Source: a virus (Duplodnaviria > Caudoviricetes). Taken from it: a DNA stretch of 64,000 nt. Under the pieces are notes generated by a model. That model ran no database searches. It had not been told where the DNA came from and saw nothing but the letters and a program-made list of their open reading frames with translations. Every line of letters starts with the position of its first letter. Within the stretch, counting starts at the first letter, position 1. The stretch spans positions 1,850 through 65,849 of IMG/VR virus record IMGVR_UViG_3300011336_000387; one strand, 5' to 3'. Below are positions 27,859 through 37,784 of the stretch, piece by piece. A program made the position numbers and the translations under genes.

Positions 27859-28311
27859 ATGGAAAAACCTAGACTATTAAAAAGAGATGTTGCATCAACT
27901 GCATCATATTCAAGTGCACCTACAGGAGGATCTGTAGACACAATGACTGCAGCATGTGTATCAGAACTAATGAATGCTGGAACAAGTTTTCATAAGTTAC
28001 ATCTTAAAGTGACTGGTGCAGGATCATTTGCTGCTCATAAAGCTCTTAATGAGTTATATGATGCTTTACCTGGTCATGCTGATGACTTAGCAGAAGGATA
28101 CCAAGGAGCAGCTGAAATTTTACTTTCATATTCTGAAGTATCTGCAAGGAAATTAAATTCTGTTTCTGAGGGACTTGACTATATAAGAGAATTAATTGAT
28201 ATGGTGTCAAAGTTACAATCTAAAATGCCATATTCAGAAATAGTAAATGAACTTGATACCGTTAAGTCAACACTTAACTCTACTAAGTATAAGTTACTTT
28301 TTTTAAAATAA
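27859..28311 (+). CDS. Dps/ferritin-like protein (DUF5856-like)
   Basis: HKLHLKVTGAGSFAAHKALNELYDALPGHADDLAEGYQG matches the HxxHW...HxxLxExY...DxxAE ferritin-like pattern. Confidence 0.8.
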   Translation: MEKPRLLKRDVASTASYSSAPTGGSVDTMTAACVSELMNAGTSFHKLHLKVTGAGSFAAHKALNELYDALPGHADDLAEGYQGAAEILLSYSEVSARKLNSVSEGLDYIRELIDMVSKLQSKMPYSEIVNELDTVKSTLNSTKYKLLFLK

Positions 28312-28325
28312 TTTTGATATATTAA

Positions 28326-28351
28326 AAACTTTTACTATATTATAGTATATT
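28326..28351 (+). promoter_or_regulatory. putative phage promoter
   Basis: AAACTTTTAC-TATATTATAGTATATT upstream of the ATG at 28378. Confidence 0.5.
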
Positions 28352-28377
28352 TATTTATTAACTAAAACTAAAACAAA

Positions 28378-30216
28378 ATGAGTTATTTTAATCATGCATT
28401 TCAGAAAACCTTTGTAGGTGTGAATGCAGCAAATCCTGGAACTCAAGGGTTCACAGGTCTAAATGGAGGTGTACTAGGTACTACCGGAAACATTTTGGCT
28501 ACTGGCCAATATGCATTTGTTAACCCAAAGTCTTGGACTGTATATAATACAGCTTCTGGTTCAGCTCCAACAGGATGTTGTCCAGTTATCTTAGCATCAG
28601 GTTCACTTTATCAAAATGATAAAATTGGTCCTTTTGCAGGAGGTTACAAAGAGTCTAACAAATCTAAGGAAATCAATCCTAAGTATGTTAGTCGTTTCTA
28701 CTTTACTCCAGCATGTGCAGCACAAAACAATGTAATCCACGTAGGATTTACTCCATACACAGATGATCAGGCTTTATCATTAGCTATTACAAATGCTGGT
28801 GCAAATGCAGCTGATGGTACTTATACTAATATTGCATTAGTTGACTTATCTTCTCCAACAGGTTCTGCATTAGAAGCTACTTTAACAGTAGTTGGTGGTT
28901 TAGTTACTAACGTAGCTATAACACAAGCAGGTACAGGATGGATAACAGGTGATGTTGTTACTCCTGCTACAGGTATTTCTACAGTAGGTAGTAGCATTGC
29001 TGGTACTACTATGACAATTGCAGCTATGGCAGCAAGTGGTGGTTCTTTCTTCCCTGGAATGGTTGTTCAAGGTACTGGTGTTACAGCTGGTACAACTATT
29101 GTTTCTCAATTAACAGGAACTCCTGGTGGTGCTGGAACTTACACAGTTAGTATTTCACAAACTGTTGCCGGTCCAATTGCAATCACAGGATTCTTTTTAC
29201 CATATGATGGTTCAGGAACAATTACTGCTCCTACATTTACAGTAACTGCAGGTGTGCCTTCATCTTGTAACCAAGATTTCTTATGTGGTGAAACATACTA
29301 CTTACGTTTAGATGTTAAAGGTTCTCCAGCTTTGAGATTCTTAAATCACAATGCATACTTAACAGTTTCTGCTTATACAGGATGTTGTGCTCCAGGTTCA
29401 ATTGCTCCAGTAGCAGTAGATGCAACTTTAGTATATATTGAGTGGGCTAATCAAATTTACAATTCTCCATTAATTTCTCCATTTATTTTACCAGTAGTAG
29501 TTGCTGAAAACAACTCTTTATGGTATGCTCCTAATACAACTGCAGCTCAACTTGCAGTTTTAGCAGCAGGAACAATTCCAGCTGGATACACAATTGGTGG
29601 TACTTGGGATAAATATGTATCTCCAGGACATGTTGCTGGTCAATATGCAGGTATAGTTTTAAATGGTGCTTATGTAGATACTAAATTCTTAGATTGTACA
29701 TTCCAACCTACAGATTTCTATGAAAAAGAGCCTGTAAGATTATATGCTTCTGAAGTAGATTTAAATGGTGACCCATGTACATTCTCAGGAGTGTGTGTAG
29801 TTACTGAATGTGAAGGCCGTCAAGCTAATGGTTTTGGTGACACTTATTTAAGAGATACTATCTTATCTGAAAGATACCGTCAAAACTTCTTTGCTAGTGA
29901 CTTCCGTATCCGTGAGATAACACAAGGAAACCAGATACTAAATGCTATCAGTAGAAATACTACTTATAATGCATTCTTTATCCAGCACAATGTTCCACGT
30001 TTCAATAACCCATCTTCTACATTTGATAATGATCAATACTTATTAGAGATAGTTGTTGCTAACACTGTAACACCTACAGATGGTGGTAATGGACAATTGT
30101 TTGCTACCTGGGTAAATACTTGGTTAAACAACTGTGGATCTAGATGTGGTACAATTGAAACTTTTGGTTGTGTTACTTCTTGTACTCCGGTTACTCCAGT
30201 TCCTCCAACATCATAA
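28378..30216 (+). CDS. abundant virion structural protein (auxiliary capsid or decoration candidate)
   Basis: 612 aa with its own promoter motif and terminator, and an internal Gly/Thr-rich fibre-type insertion. Confidence 0.55.
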   Translation: MSYFNHAFQKTFVGVNAANPGTQGFTGLNGGVLGTTGNILATGQYAFVNPKSWTVYNTASGSAPTGCCPVILASGSLYQNDKIGPFAGGYKESNKSKEINPKYVSRFYFTPACAAQNNVIHVGFTPYTDDQALSLAITNAGANAADGTYTNIALVDLSSPTGSALEATLTVVGGLVTNVAITQAGTGWITGDVVTPATGISTVGSSIAGTTMTIAAMAASGGSFFPGMVVQGTGVTAGTTIVSQLTGTPGGAGTYTVSISQTVAGPIAITGFFLPYDGSGTITAPTFTVTAGVPSSCNQDFLCGETYYLRLDVKGSPALRFLNHNAYLTVSAYTGCCAPGSIAPVAVDATLVYIEWANQIYNSPLISPFILPVVVAENNSLWYAPNTTAAQLAVLAAGTIPAGYTIGGTWDKYVSPGHVAGQYAGIVLNGAYVDTKFLDCTFQPTDFYEKEPVRLYASEVDLNGDPCTFSGVCVVTECEGRQANGFGDTYLRDTILSERYRQNFFASDFRIREITQGNQILNAISRNTTYNAFFIQHNVPRFNNPSSTFDNDQYLLEIVVANTVTPTDGGNGQLFATWVNTWLNNCGSRCGTIETFGCVTSCTPVTPVPPTS

Positions 30217-30237
30217 TAGGAATAAATTATTAACTAG

Positions 30238-30274
30238 AAAGGGGAGCTGAGTTTCAAACTCCTCCCCTTTTTTT
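30238..30274 (+). terminator. intrinsic terminator
   Basis: AAAGGGGAG...CTCCCCTTT stem with an inner GAGTT/AACTC stem and a T run. Confidence 0.8.
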
Positions 30275-30285
30275 ATATAAAAATT

Positions 30286-30828
30286 ATGGCAAATCATGTA
30301 TTAAGTTTAGAGGTACCTACTGTGATGAACACATGTATTTTAAGTATATTTGATACAAGTGTATATACTGATTTAATACCTATAAATTGTCCTACACTTC
30401 AAATTACTGTACCTGGATTTAGTTATTCAACTGAAATAACTGTAACTCCAAATTTTAATCAAGTTATAACAGCTTGTAATTTAAATTTACAAACTCAAAA
30501 TTGTGGTACTACTTATACAGATATTCCAGATGGTATATATATAATAAAATATAGTGTAGCTCCAAATGATATAGTATTTGTAGAATACAATCATTTGAGA
30601 ATTACAAAAGCATTAAACAGATATAATAAAATTTTATGTAGAGTGGATGTTGCTGATTGTGACCCACCTTTTAAAATAAAACAAAAACTAGAAGCTTTAA
30701 GAATAATCCGTATGTATTTAGATGCTGCTAAATCAAAAGTTGAAATTTGTCATGAGCCTCAAAAAGGAATGTCATTATACAACTATGCTTTAAAACTTTT
30801 AAATAAAATGGATTGTGTAAATTGTTAA
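30286..30828 (+). CDS. putative tail structural protein
   Basis: 180 aa with IPDGIYIIKYSVAPN, resembling crAss-like hub or fibre-docking proteins. Confidence 0.5.
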   Translation: MANHVLSLEVPTVMNTCILSIFDTSVYTDLIPINCPTLQITVPGFSYSTEITVTPNFNQVITACNLNLQTQNCGTTYTDIPDGIYIIKYSVAPNDIVFVEYNHLRITKALNRYNKILCRVDVADCDPPFKIKQKLEALRIIRMYLDAAKSKVEICHEPQKGMSLYNYALKLLNKMDCVNC

Positions 30829-30847
30829 ACCATTAAAACCAACAAAA

Positions 30848-31036
30848 ATGTCAAATTCATCATGTCCAAATTGTAATGCAATATTATCATGTGGTTGTCA
30901 AAGAAGACAAGCATCTAATGGAGCAGCTGCTTGCACAAGTTGTGTAAGTTCAATAGAAGAAAAAATTAAAGCACAAAAAACAATACATCCCAGAGCTTAT
31001 GTTCAATCTAAACTAGGGGCAAATAAAATTAAATAA
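30848..31036 (+). CDS. small Cys-rich metal-binding protein
   Basis: CPNC...SCGC...CTSC in 62 aa. Confidence 0.6.
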   Translation: MSNSSCPNCNAILSCGCQRRQASNGAAACTSCVSSIEEKIKAQKTIHPRAYVQSKLGANKIK

Positions 31037-31045
31037 AATTATATA

Positions 31046-34000
31046 ATGGCAAATATACCTACTATAACTTTTGTACCCTGTTGTGCTCCTGGAGATAATT
31101 ATGCTAGATTTATTGGTAGTTCAATTGTTGGTATGCCTAATAATAGTACTTGGGTATATACAGGAACATCAGTTATACAAGGAGAAGGTTCAGGTCCATG
31201 GACTCAATTAATTCCTGGTCAATGTTATACAGTATTTTATAATAATATTTCTGTACCTATAACAACTCCTGTATTTACATTAGATGCTTCAAGTTTTAGT
31301 AATAGTTCTATTTATTTTCCTAGTGGTAAAACATGTGAAGAATCATCTTATTGTCAAAGAGCATGTATACCAGAATGTTTTAAGTTATGGCCATGTGATG
31401 GTTCTATTGCACCTTTTACAACTTCTACAGATTTATCAGGTTTTATAGGAAATAATATAATAGTAAGTAGTTTAGATCCAAGTTATAATATAGATAATAT
31501 TTGTGTATTTGTTGAAAATATATCTAATAATAATTGTGCAAATGCAATTGATATTGTAGTAGATGCAAATTCATGTGAGTGTCCTTGTACATGTTATACT
31601 ATTATAGGAGAAATTAAATCATTAGAATGGATTGATTGTTATGGTGTTTATAATTCAGTAGCAACACCATTAGCTCCTTTTGAGATTTGTGCAGGAGCAT
31701 ATCCTTTAGCATTTCCTTTATTTCCAAATAATCCTTTACAAATAATAAGTAATGGATTATGTTCAGAAATCACAGTTTTAAATGATGAAACATGTGAAGA
31801 AATAACTGAGTTTCAATGTTATCCGCCACCTTGTTATTTATTAGAAGATTGTTTAGATAATACTAATGTTATTTATTCTAACTCACCATCATTATTTAGT
31901 CCGGCAAGTCTTGGACAAGTAGTTACTATTGCTGGTCATACAGAATGTTGGAAAGTATTAATTCCACAAACATGTGAGTGTCCAATAAATGTAACAGTAC
32001 TAACTACTAGTTCTTGTTGTTTAACTTGTTTACCTAATATAAATTATAAACTTACATTATGTGAAGATCCTTTAACATTTGTTTATACATCAAATGATTT
32101 AAGTTTATATGTAGATAAAGTTGTTAGAAGAGAAGACTGTCCAGGATGTTGGCAAGTAACACAAATTGATGGAAATATACCAACAGATCTAGATATTACA
32201 GTCATAGAAGATTATTTAGATTGTGAAAAGTGTAATAGAAAATATTATTTACTACAAGATTGTTTAGGACTTGAATTAGATGTAATAACCTATACTGATC
32301 TTTCAAACTATGTTGATAAAGTAATTACATTAGATTGGTGTCCTGAAACATGTTGGGAAGTAACTGAAACTATTATAGATGATACTGCTGGTATTATATC
32401 AGATGTTTTAAATTCTTATAATGAATGTATAGACTGTTTAACAAATGCACCATGTATTTGCAGTACTATTAAAAATTATAATGATATAACATTAACATAT
32501 AAATATTTAGATTGTGAAGGTGCTTTACAAGAAATTAGATTAGACCCGGGACAAAAAAGTGATAGGTTATGCTTAATAAGATGGTATGCACCAGAACCTT
32601 GTGATGAACTTATAGTAACTATAACATCTTCTGTTGGAGTTGTTTCAAATATTATACTATATCAAAGTAGTGCAATTCATCCAGGGCCTGTAATTGTAAA
32701 TGATAAACCAACTTGGAAAGATGCAGGAAATACTTTATATGTATACTATGATGGTACAAAATGGATATTAAGTAAAAATTTAACTCCATTAGTATTACCT
32801 TTTGTTTATACCCCTATTGGTTTTATTAACTGTAATGAAGATTGTGATTGTCCAACAGGAACATGGCAACAAAGCTCAAGTATTCCAAATCAAGATGTTT
32901 ATATAACAAATAAACTTAAATACACAATAGAATATTTTGGTAACTGTATAAATGGTGTATGTCCTCCAAGAAAGAATAAACAAAAATCTGTTACTCCTGG
33001 TTATGATACTCCAGGATGTGAAGCATGGAAGTATGAAGAAATTTCTTGTAGAGCTGCAGAAGCAATGTACAAACAAGTTTTACACTTAAGATATGGAATA
33101 TCAAACTGTTGTCCTGATGAGGATGAACAATATATTGTACAAAAAGAACTAATAGATTTAGCTGCATTAAATGATCCAGCTTATCCATGTTCTACAAATT
33201 CATGTGGCTGTAGTTGTGATTGTGATTGTTCAACAACTGAACCTGTATGTCCAGTTTGTAATAATGCTTTTATTACAACATGGGAAACTACTGGAGCAAT
33301 GGAAAGTATTGTTTTACCTTATTTTACAAATGGTACTTACACAGGGACTATTGATTGGGGTGATAATACTACAGATAGTAATAGTTATGCTAACAGTATA
33401 CATACTTATGCAACAGCAGGAATATATACTGTAACTATATGTGGAGATATTGTAGGTTGGAATTTTAGTTCAGTACCAAATAGTAAATTAAATATTAGAT
33501 CAGTATTACAATGGGGACAGTTAAGATTAGGCACTGATATAGGATCATATTTTAGTGGTTGTTCTAATTTAGATTTATCTTCAGTTTCAGATACTTTAGA
33601 TTTAACAGGCATTACTGATTTGCAAAATATGTTTATTAATTGCACATCACTTATTTCTATAAATAATATAAATTCTTGGTCTACAAGTACTATTACTAAT
33701 ATGAGTAATATGTTTAATAATTGCAATGTATTTAATCAAGCGTTAAGTTTTAACACATCAGCAGTTACAGATATGAATTTTATGTTTAGTCAATGCTTTA
33801 CATTTAATTCACCATTAACATTTAATACAGTGGCTGTTATTGATATGAGTGCTATGTTTAATTCCTGTTATTTGTTTAATTCACCAATAACATTTACAAG
33901 TACTGCATCAGTAATGTATATGAATGGTATGTTTGTAAATTGCCCTGCATTTAATCAACCAATAAATTTTAATACAAGTTCAGTTACTGTTATGAATGGT

Positions 34001-34351
34001 ATGTTTGCAGGATGTACAGTATTTAATCAACCATTATTATTTAATACAATTAATGTTACTGATATGAATATGATGTTTTTAGGAGCAACAGCATTTAAAC
34101 AAAACATAGGTTCTTGGAATATATCAAATGTTGCAGACTTTACAGATTTTATGGTAGGTAAAACACCTGCAACATGGCCAACTACATTTTTTAATAATCT
34201 TTTATGTGGCTGGAGTCCTCAAATAGTTCAACCTGGTCTTACAATAAATTTTGGATTAGCTAATTATACAAATGCAACAGGAGGACCATGTTATACTATT
34301 TTAGATATTGCACCAAATAATTGGACTATAAATAGTGGGGGAGGAATTTAA
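31046..34351 (+). CDS. Cys-rich repeat fibre protein fused to a PKD plus DUF285/BspA-like adhesin domain
   Basis: N-terminal repeats YxLxxC...DLSxYVxKV...CWxV...CxxC. From 33266: FITTWET...IDWGD...HTY...QWG, then W/F-N-T-S-x-V-T-x-M-x-x-M-F repeats. Confidence 0.75.
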   Translation: MANIPTITFVPCCAPGDNYARFIGSSIVGMPNNSTWVYTGTSVIQGEGSGPWTQLIPGQCYTVFYNNISVPITTPVFTLDASSFSNSSIYFPSGKTCEESSYCQRACIPECFKLWPCDGSIAPFTTSTDLSGFIGNNIIVSSLDPSYNIDNICVFVENISNNNCANAIDIVVDANSCECPCTCYTIIGEIKSLEWIDCYGVYNSVATPLAPFEICAGAYPLAFPLFPNNPLQIISNGLCSEITVLNDETCEEITEFQCYPPPCYLLEDCLDNTNVIYSNSPSLFSPASLGQVVTIAGHTECWKVLIPQTCECPINVTVLTTSSCCLTCLPNINYKLTLCEDPLTFVYTSNDLSLYVDKVVRREDCPGCWQVTQIDGNIPTDLDITVIEDYLDCEKCNRKYYLLQDCLGLELDVITYTDLSNYVDKVITLDWCPETCWEVTETIIDDTAGIISDVLNSYNECIDCLTNAPCICSTIKNYNDITLTYKYLDCEGALQEIRLDPGQKSDRLCLIRWYAPEPCDELIVTITSSVGVVSNIILYQSSAIHPGPVIVNDKPTWKDAGNTLYVYYDGTKWILSKNLTPLVLPFVYTPIGFINCNEDCDCPTGTWQQSSSIPNQDVYITNKLKYTIEYFGNCINGVCPPRKNKQKSVTPGYDTPGCEAWKYEEISCRAAEAMYKQVLHLRYGISNCCPDEDEQYIVQKELIDLAALNDPAYPCSTNSCGCSCDCDCSTTEPVCPVCNNAFITTWETTGAMESIVLPYFTNGTYTGTIDWGDNTTDSNSYANSIHTYATAGIYTVTICGDIVGWNFSSVPNSKLNIRSVLQWGQLRLGTDIGSYFSGCSNLDLSSVSDTLDLTGITDLQNMFINCTSLISINNINSWSTSTITNMSNMFNNCNVFNQALSFNTSAVTDMNFMFSQCFTFNSPLTFNTVAVIDMSAMFNSCYLFNSPITFTSTASVMYMNGMFVNCPAFNQPINFNTSSVTVMNGMFAGCTVFNQPLLFNTINVTDMNMMFLGATAFKQNIGSWNISNVADFTDFMVGKTPATWPTTFFNNLLCGWSPQIVQPGLTINFGLANYTNATGGPCYTILDIAPNNWTINSGGGI

Positions 34352-34407
34352 TATATTTTAAATCAACCTGTATGCTTTTAAAAATAAACAATAGTTGCAA
34401 GTCTTAA

Positions 34408-34433
34408 TAAAATTTTGTATATTATATTAATAG
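34408..34433 (+). promoter_or_regulatory. putative phage promoter
   Basis: taaaattttgTATATTATATTAATAG upstream of the ATG at 34441. Confidence 0.4.
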
Positions 34434-34440
34434 TAAACTT

Positions 34441-35973
34441 ATGAAACCATTAAATTACGATAACTCTCCCTGTAGTCCAATATCATCTAACTGTGTTATT
34501 TGGCAAGGACCTGATTTGCATTGTATTAAACTATGTGCAGGAGATACTGTATCAGATGTAGTTGCAAATCTTGCAACTGAACTTTGTACTATAATGGAAC
34601 AACTAGATATTACAAACTATGATCTTTCTTGTTTTAACTTAGTAGCATGTCCACCAAATACATTTGAAGCTTTAATACAATTTTTAATTGAAAAAATATG
34701 TTCATTAGAGGGTATATCAAGTGATCCTAATTCTGGAAATAAATCTTTAACAGGGTGTCCAGATTGTTTAGTTTCTGTTGCTTCATGTTTTATAGTAAAT
34801 AATATTACTAGCATGCAATTGATTGACTATGTAAATATGATTGGTCAAAGAGTATGTAACATACTTACAACTATTACAGAATTGCAAGATCAAATTAGTG
34901 AACTGGATGTTAGAGTAACTGTATTAGAAAATGCAACTGCTCCAACATTTACTATGCCAACAATAGTAGTAGACTGTACTTTACAAAGTTCAAGTCCAGG
35001 ACCTTATATTGGTGGTGGAGGTGCGGCAGTAGCAATGGATCTTGTTCTTAGTGCTTTGATTAATGATAATACTTATGGCTATTGTGCTTTAAGAACTGCA
35101 CTAGGTTTACCTGCTGCATTACAAACTGCTGTTGCAAGTCAGTGTATTACATCTAGTTCAACTTCATTAGTATATGGTACTCCAATGGCAACAGCTTATG
35201 TTGGAAGTTGGATAGGTACACCTACTACAGTAGCTGATACACTTACAGATATGTGGATTTCTATATGTGATATATTTGAATATTTATCTACAATGCTAAC
35301 AATAACTGCTGTTGCAGCTGGAGAAAATACTACAGTTACATCAGCAACTGTTGGATCAACAACTACATATACAGTTAACTCAACAGGATTAAATTCTTTT
35401 GTTGCTCTTTTGACAATTGATCAAAATTATCAACCATTAGATGGTTCTATTCCTTTAGTTGCTCCAGCATCTGTAATTGGTTTACCAGCTGGACAAATTA
35501 TTAATAGATATAATAAAATTACAGTAAATAATACTACTGTTACAGCTACGGCTACTTCAGGAAGTTATGTTTCAAATGGTTTAATTCCAACATGTCCTTT
35601 TGGAACATTTGATAATGCAACTACTGGAGAATTTTCAATTACTAGAACTGGTATGTATTTGATTCAAGGTTCTTGTAATTTAAAAGCTGATGCAAGTAGT
35701 TCAAGTTTTTGGCAAACAACAGGTTCCGGTTCATTTGGTCTTGGTTTATTAAGTAATAGTAATGATATTTTTGGTGGTCAATATCTATCAACTATTGCCG
35801 GTATAAATAAAAATGTAAATCAATGTGCTGATTTAATTACTTATATTGTAGCATCATCTGGATCTCCAGTGATTCTTAGACTGTCTGTTTTAAATTTAAC
35901 AGATAGAAGTTATAATGGTAATGGCTATGCTGGAAGTGATAATATAAGGTTTTCAATTACTCAAGTAAAATAA
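34441..35973 (+). CDS. fibre protein with Cys-rich N-terminus and C1q/TNF-like C-terminal domain
   Basis: SSNCVIWQGPDLHC, a coiled coil, and a C-terminal TTGEFSITRTGMYLIQG motif. Confidence 0.6.
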   Translation: MKPLNYDNSPCSPISSNCVIWQGPDLHCIKLCAGDTVSDVVANLATELCTIMEQLDITNYDLSCFNLVACPPNTFEALIQFLIEKICSLEGISSDPNSGNKSLTGCPDCLVSVASCFIVNNITSMQLIDYVNMIGQRVCNILTTITELQDQISELDVRVTVLENATAPTFTMPTIVVDCTLQSSSPGPYIGGGGAAVAMDLVLSALINDNTYGYCALRTALGLPAALQTAVASQCITSSSTSLVYGTPMATAYVGSWIGTPTTVADTLTDMWISICDIFEYLSTMLTITAVAAGENTTVTSATVGSTTTYTVNSTGLNSFVALLTIDQNYQPLDGSIPLVAPASVIGLPAGQIINRYNKITVNNTTVTATATSGSYVSNGLIPTCPFGTFDNATTGEFSITRTGMYLIQGSCNLKADASSSSFWQTTGSGSFGLGLLSNSNDIFGGQYLSTIAGINKNVNQCADLITYIVASSGSPVILRLSVLNLTDRSYNGNGYAGSDNIRFSITQVK

Positions 35974-36005
35974 TTATATATTCAATAAATAAAACTTAAA
36001 TTATA

Positions 36006-37655
36006 ATGAGTTGTAATAATACTAATAATACTTGTAGCAGTTGTAATCACAACTATAGTAGTTGTAATAACAAATGTGCAAAATGTGGATGTAAGGATAG
36101 TTTTTTAACTAGTCCTCCTCCATGCCCTACTCCTGCAGGTTGTCCGGATCCAATTCCTTGTCAAGAAGTTTTAAGTTCAGATTGTATTATATATAATGGT
36201 CCAGATATTTCTTGTAATAATACTGTAATTATAACTTCAGATTCTACATGGACAGAATTATTAGAAGACTTAGTTGCTTATTTTTGTACTACATATGGAA
36301 CTGTGCCCTTAATATCATGTGGAGTAACTCCTGTAGTAACAGCTGGTTCTAGTGTTAATTCAGCTTTACAACAAGTAGTAGCATATTTTTGTACAGCAAT
36401 TTCAGCTTTAGCAACAGTAACAGCAAATAATGGATTAACAAAAACTGTAAATAACATTCAACTTGGAGGTCCTTTAGTTCAAAATACAACTATTACCAAT
36501 TCTACATTTGCTTTAAATATAAATAGTACTACAGTACCTGCATTAGCATTACAAAGATCTACTGCTGGCTTTGCATTAGATATAAATCCTACAGGAACAG
36601 TTGCTCAAGCTATTTCTGCAGCATCACAAACAGTTGGAAATCCAAATCCTGCAGTAGATATTATATGTGGAACAGCTTTAACAACTGGTTCTTTAGCTTT
36701 ACGTGCTTTAGGAAAACATAATACAGTAGATGCAGTAACTCCAGAAGCTTCTGTTCCTGCTGTATATATTGATAGTGCATCAAGTACTGCAAAAGGAGCA
36801 ACAAATTCAGTTGCTTTAAGACTATCAAATACACTTAATGGTACAGTTGGTTCAGGAGTAGCAATAGAGTTTGGAAATACTACTGTAGCAGCAACCAATC
36901 AAGCATATATTACAAATAGAATAATATCTAAAACAAGTAATAATACAAGTACAGCATTAATGACTTCTACATTTATAGTACAAGGTAAACCAACTGGTAC
37001 TGTATATCCAACAGATCAATTAACTTTAAAAAGTACTAGTCAATTACAATTAAATAAATATGGTATAGGAACTTTTACAGGTATACCTACATATAATTTA
37101 TCTACAACAGGTACGGGAGATATTATTGAAACTACTGCAGGTTTATTTGGTACAGCTTTTAGAGGTTATATTAGTCCTAATAGTTTTACTTTTAAACCTT
37201 TTAATTTTAATAATACAAAAATTGAAACAGGTGATCCTGTAATATTTGATGTTGCTAATGGTATTTTAGAATATCAAATACAAGATGGAGTAAATGTTAC
37301 TTCACAATATAATCAAACTACTGGAATATGGACTTGTCCTCAATCAGGTAAATATGATATTAATTATAATGTATATTTAACTGCACCAGCAACTACATAT
37401 GGGTGGGGTCAAGTAGGAGGAACTTTTATTATTGGTGTAACACAAGGTGCAACAATTATTTATTGTGCAGATACGTTTACTGCTGTAAGAGATTATTATT
37501 ATTCTCACATTTATATGACAGGTGGTATACAAGGTAAATATATAGCTGCAAATACTCAAATAGCATTAAGAATACAAAATTTAACAGGTGTGGCTTATAC
37601 TCAATCACCTACTCGTGGTGATAATATAGATTGGGCTATTAGAAGAGTAGGTTAA
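36006..37655 (+). CDS. fibre protein with Cys-rich N-terminus and C1q/TNF-like C-terminal domain
   Basis: SSDCIIYNGPDISC, TANNGLTK...IQLGG, and a C-terminal TTGIWTCPQSGKYDINYNV motif. Confidence 0.6.
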   Translation: MSCNNTNNTCSSCNHNYSSCNNKCAKCGCKDSFLTSPPPCPTPAGCPDPIPCQEVLSSDCIIYNGPDISCNNTVIITSDSTWTELLEDLVAYFCTTYGTVPLISCGVTPVVTAGSSVNSALQQVVAYFCTAISALATVTANNGLTKTVNNIQLGGPLVQNTTITNSTFALNINSTTVPALALQRSTAGFALDINPTGTVAQAISAASQTVGNPNPAVDIICGTALTTGSLALRALGKHNTVDAVTPEASVPAVYIDSASSTAKGATNSVALRLSNTLNGTVGSGVAIEFGNTTVAATNQAYITNRIISKTSNNTSTALMTSTFIVQGKPTGTVYPTDQLTLKSTSQLQLNKYGIGTFTGIPTYNLSTTGTGDIIETTAGLFGTAFRGYISPNSFTFKPFNFNNTKIETGDPVIFDVANGILEYQIQDGVNVTSQYNQTTGIWTCPQSGKYDINYNVYLTAPATTYGWGQVGGTFIIGVTQGATIIYCADTFTAVRDYYYSHIYMTGGIQGKYIAANTQIALRIQNLTGVAYTQSPTRGDNIDWAIRRVG

Positions 37656-37708
37656 TAAAAATTTTATAAGAAGTTACAGTTTGTTGGTTACTGTGGCAAC
37701 AAGACAAT

Positions 37709-37738
37709 ACCCCCGCACTTGTGGGGGTTTTGTTTTTT
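37709..37738 (+). terminator. intrinsic terminator
   Basis: ACCCCCGC-ACTT-GTGGGGGT stem and a T-rich tail. Confidence 0.8.
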
Positions 37739-37784
37739 ATAGTATCTTTACATTTGTTCATGTCAGTAATTTTTAGTATATTAA

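Noticed and set aside
6136-37655. Diversity-generating retroelement targeting the adhesin or fibre genes
   Set aside because: No reverse transcriptase and no adenine-specific template/variable repeat pair were seen in this window. One elsewhere in the genome cannot be excluded.
37673-37700. Second hairpin before the 37709 terminator as a possible structured RNA
   Set aside because: The stem is short, depends on several G-U pairs, and matches no family I recognise.
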